From positions 128,001 through 192,000 of IMG/VR virus record IMGVR_UViG_3300029288_000071: a DNA stretch of 64,000 nt. The stretch is one strand, 5' to 3'. This DNA is from a virus. Lineage: Duplodnaviria > Caudoviricetes. The notes beneath the pieces are model-generated. The model worked only from the letters and a program-made list of their open reading frames with translations, was not told the DNA's origin and made no database searches. The translations under genes and the position numbers were made by a program. This document shows, in pieces, positions 58,426-64,000 of the stretch (position 1 is the first letter of the stretch; every line of letters begins with the position of its first letter).

Positions 58426-59025
58426 TTATTCTCCTAATATTTTTGCTAATAAATTATGATTTTCTTGAATAAATTTTTCTGCTTCTTTTATAGAATTTAT
58501 TGAAAATCTGTATAATTTATAGCCATTTTGTTCTGCTATTTCATTTTTTAACTTATCGTTTTCTATAGCTATGGGTTTGCTATGCCACCATGATCCATCA
58601 ATTTCAATTAAAACATTTTTATTAGGAATTTTGTAATCAAAACACCTACCTTGAATCCAAATTGAAGGTTGAAGAATTATATTAAAATTTTTAAATACAC
58701 TATCTCCAAAATATATTTCAGATTTTGATTGATAATTCTTATGATAAGTTTCATTTCTATTTTTTAAAAAATTACTAACACCTTTGCTTATTTTTTCTTT
58801 TCTTTCTTTAGATGAATAAAAACAATTTAAGCTGCAATATTTTCTTTTAGTACTTGCAAGAGCTTCAAATTCTTTTTTGCAGTTTAAACATATTATTTTT
58901 TCTCGAGTTTTTGTTTTACTCAACGCAATTTTAGCTATAATTTCTGCAGAGTGATGAAATCCCATACGAGATTCACTTAATGTTTTTCTAGTTTTATCAG
59001 TTCTTATGTAAATTCCTGTAGGCAT
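58426..59025 (-). CDS. DUF559/Vsr-like endonuclease with NUMOD3 and Zn finger
   Basis: CLNCKKEF..KYCS..C; SKSE, GRCFDY, IEIDGSWWH. Confidence 0.85.
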   Translation of the reverse strand: MPTGIYIRTDKTRKTLSESRMGFHHSAEIIAKIALSKTKTREKIICLNCKKEFEALASTKRKYCSLNCFYSSKERKEKISKGVSNFLKNRNETYHKNYQSKSEIYFGDSVFKNFNIILQPSIWIQGRCFDYKIPNKNVLIEIDGSWWHSKPIAIENDKLKNEIAEQNGYKLYRFSINSIKEAEKFIQENHNLLAKILGE

Positions 59026-59034
59026 AATTTAGAT

Positions 59035-60846
59035 TTAACTTATGATTGAACCTTGAATATCAAATTTTGGATAACGTACTTCAAAAATACAATCTGGATC
59101 ACATTGAACTATGTTATTTTTTATTCTAGCATTTACATTGAAGTAACCCGAACTATCTATATAAGTTCTTCCAGAATAACTTGGAGGCATTTGAACAAAT
59201 TTTACTTCTGGAACTGCTAAAACTCCATTAACATTGACTAATTCTTTTTGAATTAAACTAATAGAAATACTTTGTCCAATATTCCATTTTCTAATATCAA
59301 AGAAATCTTGTAGTTCTAATAAGCAATTTGCTAATATTTCTTGTTGATTAGTAGTTTTATCAGAAATTAAAGAAAAATTAATTCCTAAATTTATTATTTT
59401 ACCATCAACAATATTTAAATTTTCTGAAATACTTTTGAATTCTTTTAGATAACTAGCTATATTAAGTTTTAATGCATTTGAAGGTAAAGCAAGAGTACCA
59501 TCTGAATTTCTAGTTATGATAGAAAGTTTTAATCCATTATTAACATTTGGATCTTTAGAAGCTGTGGCTCTAAATGCACTTCCAAAACTTGAAGGCATAG
59601 TATAAGTTCTAACAATATAATCTTGTAATGTAACACATCTTAATTGAGAAGCTAAATTTGCTGAAGCATTATACTTTATTTGATCTAATGTTTCACCTTC
59701 TTCTCCACCAGTACAAGGCTCGGGATTACTAATTTTCATAGAAGCTTCTAATTTACTCTTACCAAAATCATTTCCTGTAACTTTATATTCTAAATATTTT
59801 TGAGCTATTTCAGTTAATGTGTTAGCTGAAGCATTAGAAGCTAATCCCCCTCCTGATCTATATTTAATTGTTAAAGTACAATTTGCAGGAGCAAGCCCTA
59901 AAGTCCCAGTATTTATAAAATCTGATGGATCAACAGAAGCAGGACTAAATCCAGAAATTGCCCCTCTTATTCCTAAAGGTAAAACATAATCTTCTGGATT
60001 AGGTATAAATTCTGCATCACTTAAGTTCATAGTACCACTTCCGAATCTTAAGTATGATTGACCATTAGCTTCTTTTTCTAGTACAAATCTTCGTGGAACT
60101 CTTCTTAATGTTAAAATATAAGGTACTTCTGCACTAGAGCTTTGATCATTTATTATTCCTACAAATTGATTTTCTTGAGCTAGATAATCAACTTCATACC
60201 AAGTAAATCCATCTGAACTTGTTACACTCAAAATCTCTAACACATCTGCAGTAGGTAAGGGTAATTTTAAGAATTGTACAGCTTTACTTATATTAACTTG
60301 GTAAGTTTTAGAAATACCTCCAAGAGTTATTAAACCTGAAATAGAAGCAGAAGTTACACCATTTACTGCATCAACTGTTCTAGTTATAGCTGTAGTACTA
60401 CTTGTATCAATATCATAAAGTAATTCTTGTGTAACTTGCCCTGTTTTATCTGCAAATCTTGTACCTTTTCTTAAAACAAATTCATAATTAGTTGTTGCAA
60501 GATGCGTAGGATAATTGAAATTTAAAATTATATTATTATTTTGAGAAGCCGATTTTCCTCTAATTTTATAGCCTAAGTTTTTTGCTTCTGCAATAATATT
60601 ACTTTCTTCTTGAGCTGTAGATAAAAATAACTCATTAAATTGATGATCAAGATAAAAATTAAGAATATCACCCGCATAACAAACTGCTTCTAAAATAGCC
60701 ATTCCTGCAGATTGATCTGAAAAATCATTAAAAGAATCTGGGTATTGCTGTTTGATATAATCTGTTAAACTATTTCTAAGAGAATCAAAATCTCTAGAAA
60801 TATATGAAACAGTTGGTATTTTTTTAATTTGACTATATAATTCCAT
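59035..60846 (-). CDS. Baseplate wedge subunit (T4 gp6-like)
   Basis: Y.SRDFDS, YP..FNDFS..S.G, GDILNFYLD, FGSG, YRSGGG, GG...ET, R.VT..DY. Confidence 0.9.
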   Translation of the reverse strand: MELYSQIKKIPTVSYISRDFDSLRNSLTDYIKQQYPDSFNDFSDQSAGMAILEAVCYAGDILNFYLDHQFNELFLSTAQEESNIIAEAKNLGYKIRGKSASQNNNIILNFNYPTHLATTNYEFVLRKGTRFADKTGQVTQELLYDIDTSSTTAITRTVDAVNGVTSASISGLITLGGISKTYQVNISKAVQFLKLPLPTADVLEILSVTSSDGFTWYEVDYLAQENQFVGIINDQSSSAEVPYILTLRRVPRRFVLEKEANGQSYLRFGSGTMNLSDAEFIPNPEDYVLPLGIRGAISGFSPASVDPSDFINTGTLGLAPANCTLTIKYRSGGGLASNASANTLTEIAQKYLEYKVTGNDFGKSKLEASMKISNPEPCTGGEEGETLDQIKYNASANLASQLRCVTLQDYIVRTYTMPSSFGSAFRATASKDPNVNNGLKLSIITRNSDGTLALPSNALKLNIASYLKEFKSISENLNIVDGKIINLGINFSLISDKTTNQQEILANCLLELQDFFDIRKWNIGQSISISLIQKELVNVNGVLAVPEVKFVQMPPSYSGRTYIDSSGYFNVNARIKNNIVQCDPDCIFEVRYPKFDIQGSIIS

Positions 60847-60850
60847 TATT

Positions 60851-61240
60851 TTAACCTACAACAACTGTTAAAGAATCTTGTATTGTATCTAAATTTTTAA
60901 AAGCATAAGTAATTTTTATTTCTACAGCATTTTGTGTTTGAGTAGTATCATCTAAATAATTTATGTTTAAACTTAAAATCTGTAGTTGAGGAAAAAAACT
61001 AGAAAATATTCTATTTACTTCATTTGCACAAATAGATTGTAAATTTTGTTGACTATTTGGATCAAATAATATTTTTCTAAATTTAGAACCAATTTGATTA
61101 TTAACTACTCTCTCTCCTTGATCTGTTGCAAACAAAATAGCTATATTTTGTTTTAAGTTTTCAAGAGTAGTTTCTGTTAGAGCAAAATATCCTTGAGTAT
61201 CACTTAAAGTTAAAGGAAATTTAAAATTTTTATTTGACAT
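60851..61240 (-). CDS. Baseplate protein, gp25/GPW family
   Basis: FPL, T..GERV....GS....LFDP. Confidence 0.85.
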   Translation of the reverse strand: MSNKNFKFPLTLSDTQGYFALTETTLENLKQNIAILFATDQGERVVNNQIGSKFRKILFDPNSQQNLQSICANEVNRIFSSFFPQLQILSLNINYLDDTTQTQNAVEIKITYAFKNLDTIQDSLTVVVG

Positions 61241-61619
61241 TGTTAAATATTTCTTCTAATAGCAATTTATTTTTTTCTAAAGCTATTGGAATTTCTTTTT
61301 TATTATTAAGTTCTATTCTATATAATTTAAATCCATTTCTTATAGCAATCATTTCTTTCCATTTATCTCTTAAAACATCTTTTTTCTTACTATGCCATTT
61401 TCTACCATCAATTTCTAATAAACAATTATTATATCTACCATCAAAAAATCTATAATGTAAACAAAACTGTCTTTCAATTTTTATATTATAAATTATTTCA
61501 AGTTGATCTAAAAATAATTTTTCACTTTCTGAACTAAAGTCACATCCTAAAAATTTTTTACCTTTCCCCTTAAGTTTTGGAGCTATTGACAATTTTTTAA
61601 AACTTTTTATTCTTCTCAT
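61230..61619 (-). CDS. DUF559-like endonuclease
   Basis: S.SE, ERQF, FFDG, LEIDGRKWH, RD..K. Confidence 0.8.
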   Translation of the reverse strand: MRRIKSFKKLSIAPKLKGKGKKFLGCDFSSESEKLFLDQLEIIYNIKIERQFCLHYRFFDGRYNNCLLEIDGRKWHSKKKDVLRDKWKEMIAIRNGFKLYRIELNNKKEIPIALEKNKLLLEEIFNNVK

Positions 61620-62692
61620 TAATTAAGTGCAATAACTTTACTATGATGATTTTTTATTTTAGGATTTAAATCATTAACAGCAGTTTTTATAGAAGAAACA
61701 TCAACACCAGAACTAGTAGGAGATGCAGTTTTTGCAGAACAAGGCTTACCAGTAGAATCTAATAATGTTCCAGCTGAATGATCATGTGAATCATGAGCTG
61801 ATTTTAATTTATCTACTTGATCAGTTAAATTTATAATTTGTTCTGTTAATGCTTTAAGCCATATTTCTAAATTCTCTCCTAAAACAGCAGATTGAATATC
61901 TCCTCCATCTCTTGATATCAATCTTAATCTTAATGATTCTAATAATAAATAGGCTGAATTTGTGTTTTTAAATCCTTCAAATGTTGAAGAAAAAGTCTTG
62001 CCAATATTTTTAGCAATCATATCATCTAAACTACTTAATGTAGCTATTATAACTCTAGACCCTCTTGATTTAGTAAAGTCATCAGATAAGAAATTACTAT
62101 CATTTGCTTGAGCTTCAGTTAGTAATTCAATATATCCTTTTTTAGTAACTGAATCGAATGAATGATTAATTTTTGTATTAGATCTTCCCTGAACTAAAAC
62201 ATCTCCAGGTTTAAATCTTTGTTCAGGAATATTATAATTCTCATTAGGATTTACATCATCAGATTCAACAGATAATGAATTTTCAGTACCATATTTATTT
62301 TGAATACTGGTAAAATCTTGATCATCATTTCCTACAACAATTTTTGTTAATAAGTTATTATTACGTGCTGTAGAAATCCAAAATCCAGACTTTAAATTTC
62401 CAATTTCTTCACATATTATTAGCACTTCTTCATTAACTTCAGGAATTGCAATTAAGTGTGGCGGCAATAATGATGGATAAAAATTTTCATTTTCTGAAGA
62501 ATATGGATCATCTATTCCAAAAACTTTAATTCTTAAACTAAAAGCTGGTCTTGATTCATTTCCTATTCTATCAACAAAGGTCACAATTCCCCTATAAAGA
62601 ATTCTATTGAATTTTTTTTCATTTCTATATTGCTGTTTTGCTGTTTTATGAAATATAATTCCTGGATCATATATTTCACGAGTACTTCTCAT
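61619..62692 (-). CDS. Baseplate spike/hub (gp5 OB-fold-like)
   Basis: IPEVNEEVLI, GDVLVQGRSN, AVLGE.L, H.H near the C-terminus. Confidence 0.7.
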   Translation of the reverse strand: MRSTREIYDPGIIFHKTAKQQYRNEKKFNRILYRGIVTFVDRIGNESRPAFSLRIKVFGIDDPYSSENENFYPSLLPPHLIAIPEVNEEVLIICEEIGNLKSGFWISTARNNNLLTKIVVGNDDQDFTSIQNKYGTENSLSVESDDVNPNENYNIPEQRFKPGDVLVQGRSNTKINHSFDSVTKKGYIELLTEAQANDSNFLSDDFTKSRGSRVIIATLSSLDDMIAKNIGKTFSSTFEGFKNTNSAYLLLESLRLRLISRDGGDIQSAVLGENLEIWLKALTEQIINLTDQVDKLKSAHDSHDHSAGTLLDSTGKPCSAKTASPTSSGVDVSSIKTAVNDLNPKIKNHHSKVIALN

Positions 62693-63387
62693 TAAATTAC
62701 ACCATCATAATATTGAGTTTTTGTTCTAAGATAATCTTTTCTAAATTCTTTTAAATATTGAGTTATAACTTTAGAGTTTAAACCTGAATATTCTCTTAAA
62801 AGAAGATAAAGATGTTTTTTATTGAATATTGCTTCTTTCTGAACATTTTTCATGAAATAAATAATTGCATCTGCAACTTTCTTTTTATCTTCACAATAAC
62901 TATCTCTATTTTTTTCAAATCTATTTACTAATATTTTAAAAAATTCTTGCATTTCATTATTGTTTTCATCATTAACAGATAAATTTAAATTAGTATCTAA
63001 AGGAATTTCTAATCCTTCAATATTTTCATTTAAATAATCAGTTTTAGTATGTTTTATAGATTTTTGTACAAGATAATTTTTAGCAACTGTTCCAAAATAA
63101 GAAAAAGCTTTTACTCTCTTTTTGGATTTTTTTGAAAGTCTGCGAGGATTAAATTTTTCTATATTAGAATAAAGATGAGCCATTACTTCATCTTGTAAAG
63201 AATTGAAGTTTCCCATCTTTTTAAAATTAAAACGGGGCATATTCACAATATTTTCAGTAAGTTTTAAGAAAGCAGGCATTATTCTATGTAAATAGATTAA
63301 TTCTTTTTCTGCTTCATTACTGCATTTGATATAGTCGCGGATGGCTTGTTCTGTCTCTGACCCAAAATATATAGTGCTTTTCGCCAT
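62692..63387 (-). CDS. Phage sigma factor, gp55-like
   Basis: YF..E.E.AI..Y, KLTENI, KFNP, KAFSYFGTVAKNYL; start reset to MAKS. Confidence 0.7.
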   Translation of the reverse strand: MAKSTIYFGSETEQAIRDYIKCSNEAEKELIYLHRIMPAFLKLTENIVNMPRFNFKKMGNFNSLQDEVMAHLYSNIEKFNPRRLSKKSKKRVKAFSYFGTVAKNYLVQKSIKHTKTDYLNENIEGLEIPLDTNLNLSVNDENNNEMQEFFKILVNRFEKNRDSYCEDKKKVADAIIYFMKNVQKEAIFNKKHLYLLLREYSGLNSKVITQYLKEFRKDYLRTKTQYYDGVI

Positions 63388-63463
63388 AATTCTTTTTATT
63401 AGGAGTAAATTCAGCAAAAAGCATATTTCAAGTATTGAAAGAACAATTACATGCTAAGAATTA

Positions 63464-63492
63464 AATTTATAAAATTACTAGATAATTGTAAA
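63464..63492 (-). promoter_or_regulatory. Sigma70-type promoter TTTACA-N17-TAAATT
   Basis: Upstream of the sigma-like gene. Confidence 0.55.
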
Positions 63493-63498
63493 TAAAAA

Positions 63499-64000
63499 TT
63501 AAGTATAAGGTTCTTGTAAAGTACAAGTTAAAACTGTTTTAAATTCATTTGGTGAAAGAATGTCTTGAGAACCTAATACCCAATAAATCCCATCTGCTCC
63601 TTGTATAAAACCTCTAAAGTCTACATAAGTTGTAAAAGGGATCATAGCAGTTCCATGAATAGTTAAAGTTAAAGAAGTAAAGTAAGCTCTTAAAGCTAAT
63701 CCTATTGGAGTTGCTTGATTTTCAATAATTTCTCTAAATATTTGGTCTTTATAAACTCCTTCAGTAGCTTGTTGTAATTTCTGTCTCCAAGTTTCTTTTA
63801 ATTGAGTAGTATCTAAAGCTTTAGCATTTATATCAGAAATTCCTAATTTTTTAATTAGCTTTCCTATTGTAGTTGTTGGTTTATTTAATTTTGCATCTTC
63901 AAAGAATACACTATAAATAATTGCTGCTCCATTTTCTGTATTTACTATTCTTGGCAAAGCATATGCTGCATCTTTTGAAATTTGACTAGCAAAAGTTACT
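63499..64000 (-). CDS. C-terminus of a probable baseplate hub/tail protein (start beyond right edge)
   Basis: LTLTIHGT...GIYWV......F.T.L resembles hub C-termini; context. Confidence 0.55.
   Translation of the reverse strand, partial: VTFASQISKDAAYALPRIVNTENGAAIIYSVFFEDAKLNKPTTTIGKLIKKLGISDINAKALDTTQLKETWRQKLQQATEGVYKDQIFREIIENQATPIGLALRAYFTSLTLTIHGTAMIPFTTYVDFRGFIQGADGIYWVLGSQDILSPNEFKTVLTCTLQEPYT

Noticed and set aside
1826-61455. All plus-strand ORFs in the track (e.g. 1826..2194, 11554..11940, 25818..26159, 52393..52623) and nested minus ORFs 36032..36214 and 37126..37311
   Set aside because: They are antisense or out-of-frame shadows of well-supported minus-strand genes and have no motifs
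63835-63875. TIGKLIKKLGI as another copy of the IGY tag
   Set aside because: Lacks P, M and Y; probably a generic amphipathic helix
1-64000. CRISPR arrays, tRNAs, inteins/introns in dnaE, dnaB, nrdJ or recA, and stop-codon reassignment
   Set aside because: None seen by eye; proteins have normal lengths and TAA, TAG and TGA all terminate genes at tight junctions

Overview
A 64-kb, very AT-rich segment of a large (jumbo-type, T4-distant) myophage genome. Essentially every real gene is on the minus strand and tightly packed. In transcription order (right to left): a gp55-like sigma factor; baseplate/tail genes (spike-like, gp25-like, gp6-like wedge, several paralogous Ser/Thr-rich virion proteins); a short family-A polymerase-like protein; an ~18-kb glycosylation/sugar/methylation island; GroES, SSB, RecA/UvsX, 5'-3' exonuclease, DnaB, ThyX and class II RNR; a T4-analogous DNA-modification-like cluster; and DnaE, which is missing from the ORF track and runs off the left edge. 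There are six homing-endonuclease-like ORFs. The most striking unexplained feature is a family of five small non-structural-region ORFs sharing a (D/S)PIxxLM(K/R)(K/R)IGY tag, four of which carry isolated fragments resembling T4-type major capsid protein, prohead protease or portal. Other highlights: a probable cytosine hypermodification pathway coupled to a C-family polymerase, a GC-rich structured RNA candidate, an HNH-fusion allele followed by the stranded 3' end of a displaced homolog, and a 35-bp duplication that breaks translational coupling to dnaE. All family assignments come from motif recognition by eye, and the T4 reference sequences are quoted from memory. No searches were run.
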